A stretch of DNA of 62,988 nucleotides, the filler included, from Octopus bimaculoides (Eukaryota): NCBI RefSeq assembly GCF_001194135.2. It is 5 parts of 4 records of this genome, joined end to end, with 100 filler letters (N's around TTAATTAATTAA, not from the genome) between each part and the next. Parts side by side here need not be neighbours in the genome. Positions count along the whole stretch, not along the records: positions 25,177 to 46,354 come from NC_068984.1; 4 more parts are not named here. One strand, 5' to 3'. A program made the position numbers and the translations under genes. This document shows, piece after piece, positions 25,748-38,373 of the stretch. The notes beneath the pieces are model-generated. The model ran no database searches and was not told the origin of the DNA. It saw only the letters and a list, made by a program, of their open reading frames with translations. Numbering within the stretch: position 1 is the first letter of the stretch; each line of letters opens with the position of its first letter.

Positions 25748-25750
<3 letters not shown>
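25178..25750 (+). mobile_element. hammerhead-bearing PLE-type terminal repeat
   Basis: 3' 200 nt homologous to 7880-8070; contains the hammerhead motif at 25613. Confidence 0.6.
25613..25649 (+). ncRNA. minimal type I hammerhead motif (variant CUGUUGA core)
   Basis: TCTTT-CTGTTGA-A-GAGC gta GCTC-GAAA-CGTT-AAAGA; stems I and II fully paired, palindromic ACGT stem III. Confidence 0.6.
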
Positions 25751-25802
<52 letters not shown>

Positions 25803-25809
<7 letters not shown>

Positions 25810-27045
25810 GAAGTATATAGACATCCTTATTATCATTAAAATTTATTTAAATCTGAAATTACACATTAAAATTGTTTATTAATCATAATGTGAATATCTA
25901 ATAGATTTTAGTAGATATGTCCTTTGCATTTTTCAATGCAAGGACCTTATTAGGCATGATACTGATCAGATGACGAATATTCTCTTACGGAATTTCTTGC
26001 TAAGTTTCATGCAGTAATCTCAAAAGATCTGGCTTGAAGACACTTCCTTGTTCTCTTTATGAAGTGTCCTGTTGGTTATGTCCCAGAAGTGTTCAATAGA
26101 GTTCATATCCGATAACTGGTTTGGCCATGGAAGCCTTTTAATGCCATTCTCATCCAACAAAACTTGGGGTCATTTTAGCCGTGTACAAGGAGCCCTATCT
26201 TTCATAAATAAAGAGTCTTTTTTAATCATTTCCTCACTGGAGAAGATTGGAAGGAATACTTTCTATAATATGAACACATATTTATCTGAGTTTATGTTTC
26301 CCTCACACTACACCAGCTCTGATCAACCATTGCTCCAAACTGTTCCCCAAACCAGCACAGAATAGCTACCGTGTTTCATTGTTGGCTGCAATCTTTTCAC
26401 ATGAAATTCTTGATTACATAGTCTCCAGACCCACACTCGACCACTATCGAGAAATACAGCAAATCTGGACTCATGAGTGAATATGACAGTGTTCTAAAAT
26501 GCTAGTGGCCTTTCCTTCATCTCATTGGCCCAATCTTTCCTCCGTTTGATGTTGTCTGGTCAAAGAAGTGGCTTCCTTCTTGCTGCTCTGTCATAGTAAC
26601 CAAGTTTGTGGAGATACCTGACTGCTGTTCTGGGACTGAAATCAACTTGTTTTGCTATGTCAGAGGACTTGCAACGGGGATTATCCTCCACATTTCTTTT
26701 AGCAAAGAGAAGGATCCTGTCAGAAGGTCCTGGTTGATCTGGGCGAGGTGATGTGGACTCCTTCCTCTCTCTGGTGAATTGCACAATCACCCTGTTAACT
26801 GTAGAAAGCAGGATCCGAACGTTTTCTGCGATTTTACGCTGACTATGTTCACCTTCAGAATGAATCACAATATGGCCTCTTTGAAATTCAGGCATCTTTT
26901 GTAGATGGCATGATTAGATAGTCACATTTAGAACTTGAAACATAAAATGTCAATTAATAGGAAGTATAAAGCTTTACAAGTTAGAATAAACATAAAACGA
27001 TGTTTTATAGGGTGTCTATATACTTCTGTCGTGTCTATGTTTATA
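25803..27045 (-). mobile_element. Tc1-like (DD34E) transposon, full length, degraded
   Basis: HTH region ending AARRKPLL; VIFTHES, FMKDRAPC, DMNSIEHFW; inverted repeat GAAGTATATAGACA at 25810-25823 and 27013-27026. Confidence 0.9.
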
Positions 27046-27175
27046 TATATGGAAATAATTGAGATTCAGTAGAATTAGGTACTTAAGTTGAGCCACCAAG
27101 TCAGTCCGGTATTATCCGCACAGCTCGAAATAAGGTGAATAAAATCAAAATAAGAAACAGGATATCAAGAAGTGA

Positions 27176-27261
27176 TGCTGTACGACCGTTTCAAGCAACT
27201 CCATTTTATTGAACAATGCAATCATTGCATCAATTTAAATGCAGAGCTATCATCTGCTGCA
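27176..27261 (-). ncRNA. degenerate type I hammerhead with long stem II
   Basis: TGCAG-CAGATGA-TAGCTCT...GGAGTTG-CTT-GAAA-CGGTCGTA-CAGCA. Confidence 0.5.
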
Positions 27262-28158
27262 CAAATGAATAGAATTTTAATCAGTTGGACACATTAATAT
27301 GATTTTACTCAAATACTCAAATAGCAGAACAAAAAGAAATTAAGAAATCCATGTTGTCGCTATTGTAGCTAAGAATAGACTACACTTCCAAGAAATGCAT
27401 GAAGCTTACTGGGGTCATAGTTTGTAAAGAATTGTGGTTCATTTCTAATTTATTTATCTCTTTTATGAACTACAAAATCTAAGACTGTGTCTGTTTGGAA
27501 TTGAAGGGCAAGAGTGAGCTGACAGTTTATGGCTAGGTATGGTCATAAATATTGTCAAAATATTAGGAGTAGTAAATTGGGTATAATGTAACTGTCTATA
27601 AAGGAGGTGGGGTAGAGGAAAACCTTAAATCATGATGTTAATTACCAGTTAAAGGGGCAAGACGCTAATAAAACCTATGATGTTAATACAGAGGAAATTT
27701 TATCATGGGGTAGTATGAGTGATTGTTTATAAACAATATTGTTATGTTGTATAAACATTAAATTTAAGATTATCAAAAATGATATCATAACAAAAATAGG
27801 TAAAATGTGTTATATATCAATTTTCAACATTAAAAAGGAAAGATTACATAATATCAGCTTAATATTCATTCATATACTTAATTATTTACTTAGGTGATTT
27901 CTGTAAAGACTGCTCAGGGCATTTACTTATGGAATACTGGAAAGATAAACATGCTATCTATATAATAATTATAAGCAAAGAATCAGAAAAAATAAAGATG
28001 TATACAGATACACACACTTATTTATCTATATACACACATGCACACATAGACAAATATTTATACGTTTGTATGAATATAGTATAACCATCTCGCATAGACT
28101 AAAGTAACTAAAAAGTATCTATTTACGAACAACAAAGATAGCAGTTTATAAGGGATAT

Positions 28159-28460
28159 ATTCTTTTATTCTTTTATTCTTTTATATGTTTCAGTCCAATG
28201 AATGTGGCCATGCTGGAGCATCGCCATTGTGATCATCTTTCCACTCTCCACCTTTGTAGGAGCGGCTTTTGGTGAAGGATGAGTTCAATGTTACTGCCCT
28301 CTTTTGAGTGTCCTGCCTAGATATTGGCTCATCCGGGATCTCAATGACCCAGAGGTCAAGTTCACGCTTGAAAACGTCTACATCCACTCCATGGAGGCTC
28401 CTGGAACTCCTGGAAAGGGATTTGAAGCACTCTAGCTGGAGCTCTTTTATATTTCTTGTA
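28159..28460 (-). mobile_element. CR1-clade LINE 3' end with (TAAAAGAA)n tail
   Basis: SLHGVDVDVFKRELDLWVIEIPDEP...RAVTLNS, a CR1-type C-terminus. Confidence 0.75.
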
Positions 28461-29374
28461 CGTATATATATGTATTTATATATATATATATACATATATA
28501 TNNNNNNNNNNNNNNNNNNNNNNNNNNNNNNNNNNNNNNNNNNNNNNNNNNNNNNNNNNNNNNNNNNNNNNNNNNNNNNNNNNNNNNNNNNNNNNNNNNN
28601 NNNNNNNNNNNNNNNNNNNNNNNNNNNNNNNNNNNNNNNNNNNNNNNNNNNNNNNNNNNNNNNNNNNNNNNNNNNNNNNNNNNNNNNNNNNNNNNNNNNN
28701 NNNNNNNNNNNNNNNNNNNNNNNNNNNNNNNNNNNNNNNNNNNNNNNNNNNNNNNNNNNNNNNNNNNNNNNNNNNNNNNNNNNNNNNNNNNNNNNNNNNN
28801 NNNNNNNNNNNNNNNNNNNNNNNNNNNNNNNNNNNNNNNNNNNNNNNNNNNNNNNNNNNNNNNNNNNNNNNGTATATATATATACACACACACACACACA
28901 CATACATATATATATATATCTTCATCGTCATGACTTAGTTTCTCGAGCAAAGTTTTACTGAAGCAAACGTACACGTTTGATACAGGTTTACTGATGCCTG
29001 ACGTGTCCGATTGAAGACAGACAGGCACCACTGCAGAGGCCGCATGGGAAGTTTGACTGATCAGCGCTGATTGTAGTATCCCTGCTTTCCGTCTCCATCC
29101 CTTGTCTGTCAGGATTATCCTGCAGGTGTCTTCAAAGGAAGCTGTTGCTCAGTGAACAGTGAGACACCAGGCTTGACCGTTAACGGCAAGAACAGAACAC
29201 TGGTAGTGATTATGGAACAGGAACCAAGAGATTTCTTCATAAATTCCTTGTACCTTTTGTTTGGTGTTTATCAGTCACGGTGATCAGTGGAGAGTTCGGC
29301 GTACAGTATGATCTTTGGAAGTCGATAGACGACCCACGGCTCTGAGCTCTCATCAACACCCTACACAAGAACTA

Positions 29375-29870
29375 GGGTAAGATGTCTGACTGCTCCAACT
29401 ACAGAATGATTAACTTGCTCTCCATTGCGAGCAAATTCCTTACCAGAGTACGCGTCAACAGACTAATGCTGACCACTACCAGAGAAAACCTTCCAGAATC
29501 CCATAATCCCAGTGCGCTCCAGAGCAAATAGGAGCATCACCGACATGATCTTTGTTCAGAGACAGTTCCAAGAGAAGTACAGACAGAAAAACAATCAACT
29601 TTACATCACGTTTGTTGACCTCTCCAAAGTATTCGACACCGTAAGCAGAAAAGATGTACGACAAATCCTGGAAAGTCTTGAATGTAGGCCCCAAAAGCGT
29701 CAACATAGTCATTCATCTGCATGAAAATCATCACTAACTTTTCTGAGCCCTTCCCTTTTGGCAACGGTGTGAAGTAAGGCTGCGTCTTCACATCGACACC
29801 TTTTTACCATCTTTTACCTTTGACATCGTTTTTTACCATCCAGCGAGCCACTGAAGACCTGATGAAACAT
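29375..29870 (+). mobile_element. RTE LINE internal fragment
   Basis: DCSNYRMINLLSIASKFL, RANRSITDMIFVQRQFQEK, TFVDLSKVFDTVSR. Confidence 0.85.
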
Positions 29871-30073
29871 ACATATATAGATATGTATATGTATGTATAT
29901 TAATAAACACTTTCTCTGAGAATATGTTGTGCTCATAAGTTCATTCAGGCTATGGTATAAAAATAATGAAAATCTGAAGCGTTTTCTACATAAGTTTACG
30001 AGATCATGAATCAGTGAGGATGGAACCATCAACCCAATCTATGACAGACGAACCACTGTTCCTTTAGCCTTAC

Positions 30074-30320
30074 CACTCCTAGAAGCTAAAACACTGTTCT
30101 ACATATTAATATACGACTGATCACTTAACTGTGATATTCACACCAGATATATTGTTGCTGTTCGTCTTCTTTTCCTTTAACCTATCCTTGATATAAACAA
30201 GAAAACATTTTTATCTATAACCAGCATCTGGAACAGATGATATAGAACTGTTTATAAATGTGTCGAATTTCCACAGCCGCTTAAGCCATACTCTTATTGA
30301 CGTTAGAGCCGGAAGTGAAA
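30074..30320 (-). promoter_or_regulatory. candidate promoter and non-coding first exon of a leftward host gene
   Basis: ETS-type CCGGAAGTG at 30309-30317, TGACGT at 30298, minus-strand donor GAGTG|GTAAGG at 30074, unique CpG-rich DNA. Confidence 0.3.
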
Positions 30321-31507
30321 CGAAATAATTAAGATTAACGTAATGGGTCTATTCAGAAAACGACAGAAATAACAGTAACAAGAATAATAGTAGCACCAAT
30401 GATACCAACGACTACGGCAACAACAACAGTAACAATAACAATCTCAACAACAAGGACATCAGTGTATTTGGTACCTTAGAGTTCGAGAGTAGAGACGAAT
30501 AGAGAAAAAAGAAATGTTATGAATAGCGAATAAAAACTACAGAAATAATCCAGCACGTTCTTTAATGAAATATAATGTGGAGTAACAGATGCTGACGGAA
30601 GCTATATGTTGTATTGTTCCATCTTCTGAAAGAAACATCTAGTTTTCGTATCATAAATCATTCATTATATGGCACGAAAGATACACATGTCATGCAGTAT
30701 ATAACTAAAGTTGTGTTAAGTGATGTAGAGCAATTATGACCAGTGATATAAGAAAATTTGTTAAGTCAAGTTAGCAAATTCGAACTAAAATGTAATCACT
30801 TACCTTATATTGCTTATGACCTTGAGAAAGCAGAAAAACAATCTCAATGTTTTTCCTACAAATTCATTACTATGAAAAGAATCAATATGTAATCACTGGT
30901 TTTGCTGTAGAAATACCCGAGAGAGAAGAACGCAGAACATGATGGTTTAGTATATGGAGCAAGCCATTTACTGCCTTGCAGTTCTAAGATGTTCGACTTT
31001 CTCTCTATGAAATAAGTGCCACTAAAATATCAGATACCAACACAATTGAGTAAACCCATTCTCAGAAATAAATTCACCCTTGTGCCCATTTAAAAAAAAG
31101 TATAAATTCTTAGCTTCCGTTTCAGTAAATGATTTATCAACACAATAAAGAGAGAAAGTAATTTAATTTATACAGGCATAACTTTGTGTTTTCTTCTATT
31201 AATTATTGCTGGCTGAAAAAGTATGAGAGCGGATTACCCAGTCGAATGTCGGAAGTTCTTATTATGTTAATTCGGCTACATAACGCTAGCAAACTTCACA
31301 CTTAAATCTCAAAATCTTAATCCATCTAGTTTCAAACATATACTATCTACTGGACAACTTCTGCTGTCATCTGAAGGAATGTTATTCAACGGTCGACTGT
31401 TTTCTTTTACCTTTACTTTTCACAATTGTTTCAGTCTAATGACTAAAACATGTAAAAAGACCTCGATACTAGTGCTAGGGCACCATCGTGAAGAATTGCA
31501 GTCGGAC

Positions 31508-31557
<50 letters not shown>

Positions 31558-32001
31558 TTAAAGTCTGGTACTTATTNNNNNNNNNNNNNNNNNNNNNNNN
31601 NNNNNNNNNNNNNNNNNNNNNNNNNNNNNNNNNNNNNNNNNNNNNNNNNNNNNNNNNNNNNNNNNNNNNNNNNNNNNNNNNNNNNNNNNNNNNNNNNNNN
31701 NNNNNNNNNNNNNNNNNNNNNNNNNNNNNNNNNNNNNNNNNNNNNNNNNNNNNNNNNNNNNNNNNNNNNNNNNNATATATATATATATTGAGGTTATGAG
31801 AGGTGATGGTGTCAAGAAGACCCAAAAGTGTCAGGTAATGTTGAGTAAGTGCTATGGACAGACTATAGTTAAGCTCCAGGTTCGGTGATTATGCGAATGA
31901 GGAGTCCAACGTAGGTCATATATCAGCATGCGTATATATAAACAAATTAACAGAATGAGATTTTTATTAACAGAATGAGATTTCAGGACATTTATAAAGA
32001 G

Positions 32002-32049
32002 GTCTTGCAGCTGTTTCCGGTATTATTTATATATCCCTTCATCGGAGAC
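32002..32049 (-). ncRNA. degenerate minimal type I hammerhead
   Basis: GTCT-CCGATGA-A-GGG...CCG-GAAA-CAGCTGCA-AGAC. Confidence 0.55.
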
Positions 32050-33049
32050 GGTGTGAGAAAATGGTCTGTTTTCTCACGTCTGTTTTCATTCCTCCGCTTC
32101 ACTCTCTATTTCATATCTTCTCTAGAATAACTATTAGATTTCTCCAGATCAAATGTTATTGCTGTGACTCTTGTGTAACAGGATAAGAAATAATGAGACG
32201 TTTCAGTAACTATCAGTTTGAAGATACATCATACCATTGAATATTAAAGAACCAAACACACATCTAACAGTTATGTTGGAGTGATCTAGAAAAGCGAAAT
32301 ATAAACAGGATGAGTTTTCGTTTTTTTTTTTTTACTTAACAAAAAATGTTTCTAGTGGACAAAAACTCTGCACCATTGTATTACTAATATTTATTTTCCT
32401 TAACTAGAAAAAAGGGCGAGTCACTTTAGGAATCTGAGAGTCGAGACGAAACATTGTAGTAACTGTCATCCTGATTGTTGAACCAGGAGAGTATCAACCC
32501 ACTTCGACGCTCCATACAACTATGATCTCTACTTTCTGCGAGTCAACAGAAAAGTAAGAAAAATATTGATCACGCCAAATTAATTTAATCTTCCGTCTAT
32601 TCAAGAATTACACCACGAGAAAAGAGCCGAACCCATTTTCTTTTGTAAATAAAAAGTGACTTTTAAAAATCGATTTTGAAAAAGTAGACGTGTTCTATTT
32701 GCATTTCTATTAGATTAGAGGAACTTCCATGATGTTTATACTTATTTATTTCAAGACCAGAATATTTCAATAAAGTTTGACTTAGAACATTTAATGGTAT
32801 GCACAGAATAAGTCATGCTATTAGCAGTTTTTAAAAGCTATTTTATAAAAACTTCGATATGATCCACGGCAGGCTATGTGAATAGAATATCGGGCAATTT
32901 TCCAAGTTATTCTTTGTTTGTATTACCCATCCTTTCTTTTCTATGTTCAGATAAGAACCTTCCATTCACGTTCGTTTTTCACACATGTATATCTAGTATC
33001 AGATATCCACCACTTTTCTAAAATCACAGGCCTTTTTATGACATAATCA

Positions 33050-33220
33050 AAGGAAGAAGGGTACCGGTCATGTTCCTTTTCCAGGTATCTGATATACAGC
33101 CGTGATACAAAAATACTCAGTTGATGCTATTGAAATTGCAATGAAGGAGCCTTCGATCTAGATTAGAAACCCGCTCTTTCTCTATTGGCAAGAAATCTTG
33201 AAATAAACCTGAATAATGAC
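33050..33220 (+). repeat. unclassified dispersed repeat (inverted copy at 38590-38690)
   Basis: GATCTAGATTAGAAACCCGCTCTTTCTCTATTGGCAAGAAATCTTGAAATAAAC matches the reverse complement of TTTGTTTCAAGATTTCTTGCCAATAGAG. Confidence 0.6.
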
Positions 33221-34044
33221 GCGCGCGCGCGCAGACGATTAGCTTATACACAATATTCGACTTTCATTTGCTATTCAAACAACTCAGACTGAGGTAGAAG
33301 AATACTTTTCCGAGAAACTGAACAATAAGACTCAAACCCGGAGTCACGTGGTTGCGAAGCGAACTTAACCACTCAGCTATGTCTGCGCCGCTACGTGACT
33401 GCTATTCCGTACAGTGGAAAGATTTGACAGCGCATCTAGTCTAACGTCAGGTTCTTCTTGGACTGAGTAACGAATATTAATGAAATTCCTATTTCCCCAG
33501 TCGCCGGAAAGAAAGAACTATTGTGTCTCAACAACCTAAGATAAAGCTATTGTACCAAATCACCAACAATAACAACAAAAACACTCGCACTTTACTCGAC
33601 GATGATAATTGATAAGAACACCAAAACATCCGCCGGAAGGCTGACATCATACCAAATCTGTCATCTGTATTTCCCATCGCGAAATTTACCAGAAGTAGAT
33701 ACAATTCCAAAGCCATTACCATTTTTACAATAACCGAAATATATTAATGAAAGTAACGGGCGATATCTTAAATGAGAGTGTCACATACATCTTTATATAA
33801 TAAAACTGTGTTCTCTTGACTTCACTAAAATATTGTATATTTAAACATGGAAGAAAAGTAGTAAATTGTGTCGGGAATGCAAAAATGTTAATGGTTACAC
33901 TTAAATCTCAAGGCAATATCTAGATTTCGAATTTCAAGTAATTGCTAATCTGTGTTATTGTTATGCTGATACAAACAAGAAGCGATTTTCTGAATTTACT
34001 ATTTTCCTCTTTATCCTTACAGACATTAAAACATGAATGTGTGC

Positions 34045-34086
<42 letters not shown>

Positions 34087-34139
34087 GCGCGTGCGCGCAT
34101 ATGTTTGTATGTGTGTGTGAGTGTGCGTGTATATATAAA

Positions 34140-34186
<47 letters not shown>

Positions 34187-34195
34187 TTATATATA

Positions 34196-34343
34196 TATCT
34201 GTAAATATAATATGTGACAATTATTCGGTAGCCATGATAAAACTCCGAGTTTCGGATGTCGGGCCAGAAACCCACCCCGACATCCGAAACTCGGATTTTC
34301 ATCATAGCTACCAAATAATTGTCGCATATAATATTTACAGATA
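34196..34343. repeat. near-perfect palindrome, ~68-bp arms and 12-nt loop
   Basis: 34196-34263 is the reverse complement of 34276-34343 with a few mismatches. Confidence 0.9.
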
Positions 34344-34490
34344 AATTCCTCTTTTTACATAATATCGAGGTCGCTTTCATTCTTTTGTTGTCTTGTCATT
34401 TCTATCAATTTCTATATATATATATCAATATATATATATATATAAATACGCATGCATACATACATATACATGTATATATAAATGAACAAC

Positions 34491-34513
34491 AAACAGACAG
34501 ACAGATAGATAGG

Positions 34514-34593
<80 letters not shown>
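34491..34593. repeat. (GACA)n/(GATA)n microsatellite
   Basis: direct reading. Confidence 0.9.
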
Positions 34594-34595
<2 letters not shown>

Positions 34596-35100
34596 TGTGT
34601 GGTTGAATGCATGTGTATGTATATGATGGGTGGCTGATGGCAGAATCATTAGAGCGTTGAGCTTTGCTGTGTTTGTTCGGGTTTTCTAAATTCTGTGTTT
34701 AAACCAGCACAGTATAACTTTGCCTTTCATCGTTGTAAGGAAAGATAAAAGAGCTAATACCAATTATGCACCGTAGTCTGTTTAATCGGCTATGAATCAA
34801 GAACTTAAATGCTTAAAGAGTCTTTAAGAGTTCCACTGTCTTCATTGTCTTCATTTTCGTTCTTGAAATACCTGCGGCATCACTGGTAGTAAGTTGTATT
34901 GGCTCCTGTCTTTCCCCTTCAACAATATCAGTGGCATGGAAAGGTAAGATTTATTACTTTGGCACTGATGGCCTTCCATACAATCTTACTCAGAACTGTG
35001 TCTCGGAGAAGACATTATAGGGCTGTGTCGCTGCCTATTGCCAAGAATTTCTAACATGTTACAAGATATACGAATGCCAAAGCAAAAGAAGTTATGTACA

Positions 35101-35160
<60 letters not shown>

Positions 35161-36901
35161 CGTATGCACGTTCACACGCGCGCACAGGATTACTTGTCCC
35201 GATAGTCTAGCAGATTCGCGAAGCGATGTAGTTTCTAATAGGAATCGAAACAAAGTCTGCAGCTCTGACTTACCGGCAGAGAACTTGTTGCAGACATTAC
35301 TCCTCAACACACACACACACACACACACACACAGGTCAACCTTATAATTGAAATTATCTGGATCAGTGTTCCTCTGCATAAGGGCTGTAAAGATTAAAAA
35401 GATGTTCGCCAAATTCCATATTTAATGAAACTGAGATGGTTTTGAACTTTTAAACATCTTCGACACCATAGCAAAGAAAGAAGAATGATATGTATAGAGC
35501 CTCCACTTTGTCTTCTCGTTGACAAAGAGAGTTTGTTAATACACATTGCTCCGTAAGAAGCATAGGGTCGGTTTCCAGATTTCTCTGGCGTATACATCCA
35601 TCCTGCGTGGGATGCCAGTCTACTTAAAGGTTATTCATTTTTACCAATTCAGAGGCCTGGAGTAACGAGAAATGAAGTTTTTTTTCTCAAGGACAAAACA
35701 CATCGTCCAGTCCAGGAATTGAAACCACAATCTCATGATCATGAGACCAACACCATCACCTCTGAACCATGCGATTCCACGATAAAGAGAGTGAATGCGA
35801 CAGAACCATTCACTAGTACTTTGTCTGTGGAGCGACAGCTGGTATTTGTGGGTTTAGTGACATGAATTGGAGTCATGTTGCATTCGAAACAGCTTGATTA
35901 ATGTGAGAATAAGGCATGCTATTTTTAAGAATGTTATTTTTATTTAATGGTTCAGGAGAAAACGAATCGTGAAAAGATAATAAATGAGAAATACGACAAA
36001 GCAAAATTTCGTCGAAATGCTATTACTACATATATAAAAAGATCATTATTTGACTGGTTCTACCAGGAAGGGTTCCATGTCTTGGTACAATTAAATGTTT
36101 CTTACTAGCAATGAAGGAAGTTCGTTTTTATTTTAACTTCACATTTTCTTTTTACGTCCTACAGTGTATTGCATGAGATACACCAATGCACCATATTTAT
36201 ACTTATATTATAATTGTCATTTTGGTGGTATTATTTTCCAGTTGACCTGTACCAAACTTTTAATCAACTTTAAAAAACATTCGAAGACAACCATTACTTT
36301 TGTAAAATAAATATCGTTTCAATCACTATAAATATTTTATAAAAATCTATAAGAATAAGGAATGCTATGAAATGCTTAATCAATTTCACTATCAAGGATT
36401 ATTTTTCACTAGAAAAAAGAAAAACGCGCATTGTTTAGTGACCTAAAGGCATCTAGTAAATTGCGGAAAGAATATAAAATGTTATTGGTTGCACTTTAGA
36501 ATTGCAATAAGAAATCTAGTGTTTGAAGAATGCGAAATAAATGTTAATCTTAGATCTGTTTCTGACGTCAAAATAAAATGGGAAATTGCCAAATTTACAA
36601 TATTATTCCTTAATATATACATTCATCCTACGGACTTAAATTTATGATATAAATAGATAATATATAATGTATTTTTGTATATATGTATATTTATAAGTGC
36701 AACCAATTTACAGAAAATAAAGTTAGGTTATTATAATTGTTTTCCTGGTTTTTGCACACACAGATTAGGTACTATGTTTACTATTTTATATGATTTTATT
36801 TGTAATAAAACAGAATTGAAACTATTGAACTGTTTTATGAGAAAAGGTCAACTTTAAATATCATTCAGAGCTAAATATACGTAGGATTGCTTTAAAAAAT
36901 A

Positions 36902-36957
<56 letters not shown>

Positions 36958-37491
36958 TCAGGACTGTGTGAATGTGTGTGCTCATCAGTTCAGAAAAAGA
37001 TGTTATCCTGTGAAAGCAACATTGAAATATTAGTGAAATTGTGACAGATATATCAAATATAAAATAAGGTATATTGAACATTAAAGTTCAATAGTTGTAC
37101 TAGAATGCTTGTATGAACAACACAAGAAGCTGTCCCAGACGTGGAAGCAGAACTTTAATATGGATCACCACTTTCTAGAATGCCTGTCACAATTCAAAGC
37201 TGAAACGTATTCAGGCCCTGTAACTGAAACTCAGTCTTTGGAGTGTAGATATGTGGTTGCTATGTAAAATTGTCTGTTTGTAGATTATGGAATTTTGTAG
37301 CAATGTAATTTTTAGGAGTTTCGGTGCATTATATGTGATGCAATTGTGTTTCCGTTTTGTTAAGAGATTATGCAGATCTATTTTCTAGCACCTCTATTTT
37401 CGGCATCAGGCATCTAGTATTCAGTGAAAGACTACTACAAATTCCTTTTGCTTGAAAACTTGTACAATAGAACATAAAAGAGAACCCCATA

Positions 37492-37600
37492 TCTATCATA
37501 TAAAAGTCAATGTCTTTACGTGAGTTCGTGTGCTCCTGTGTTACTTATAGACTCGAAAACTACTGGTCCGATCTTAATAAAGTTTGGAACACAAAATCCA
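37492..37600 (+). mobile_element. possible Helitron 5' end (second family)
   Basis: A|TCTATCATATAAAAGTCAATGTC...AAAACTACTGGTCCGATCTTAATAAAGTTTGG. Confidence 0.45.
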
Positions 37601-38316
37601 AGCCTAGGCAGAAAGGGTAATGCTGTACATTGCATAAAATTTTGAGGGAGCATAAAGGCGGGGGAAGATATTCTCCCCCCCCCCCCCCATGAAAATTCAT
37701 ATGCTTCGATTCCATCGATTCCATCAATTCCATCGCACTCTGTGGCATTTTTGTTACAGCCTTGTATCGACTTAAGATTTGCGAGAGGAACTGAGTATCT
37801 ACGGAAGTAATGCGGATTTATTGTACCTCTAATTCAAATGCGCATCCTCATCACAATCCGCGCCCTTCTGATTCTGATTGACGATTGGGTAAGGCGTAAA
37901 CATAATTGAAGAATACTCAGTCACTTACAGTATAGTTCAATGAGCAGGTAACTTTAGTGATTTATTAAATATTTGGCGCCAAAATTAACGAAGATACATT
38001 TACATTGTTTTATACTTTAGGTACATATTTTGTGTAACTAGAACAGATTATGTATACCCTCTATGATACATAACGCATTCATATTTAAGTACATTCCAAC
38101 GTACCTGCATACAATTTGAATGACTATCATATTACTAACAGATTATCCAAATATTTCATTCGCGCTAATTAGAAACGGGTTTTTCTTCGTGATAAATCAA
38201 CTGAACAGCCGCTAACAGCGGAAATGGTGGTTTACATATATGTGCATGTGTGTGTATGCATATAACACACACGTATATGAATATAAATACACACACACAC
38301 ACATACATATATATAT

Positions 38317-38373
<57 letters not shown>

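Noticed and set aside
28950-29370. GC-richer DNA upstream of the RTE fragment, considered as a 5' UTR with an HDV-like ribozyme
   Set aside because: I could not build the nested double pseudoknot by eye.
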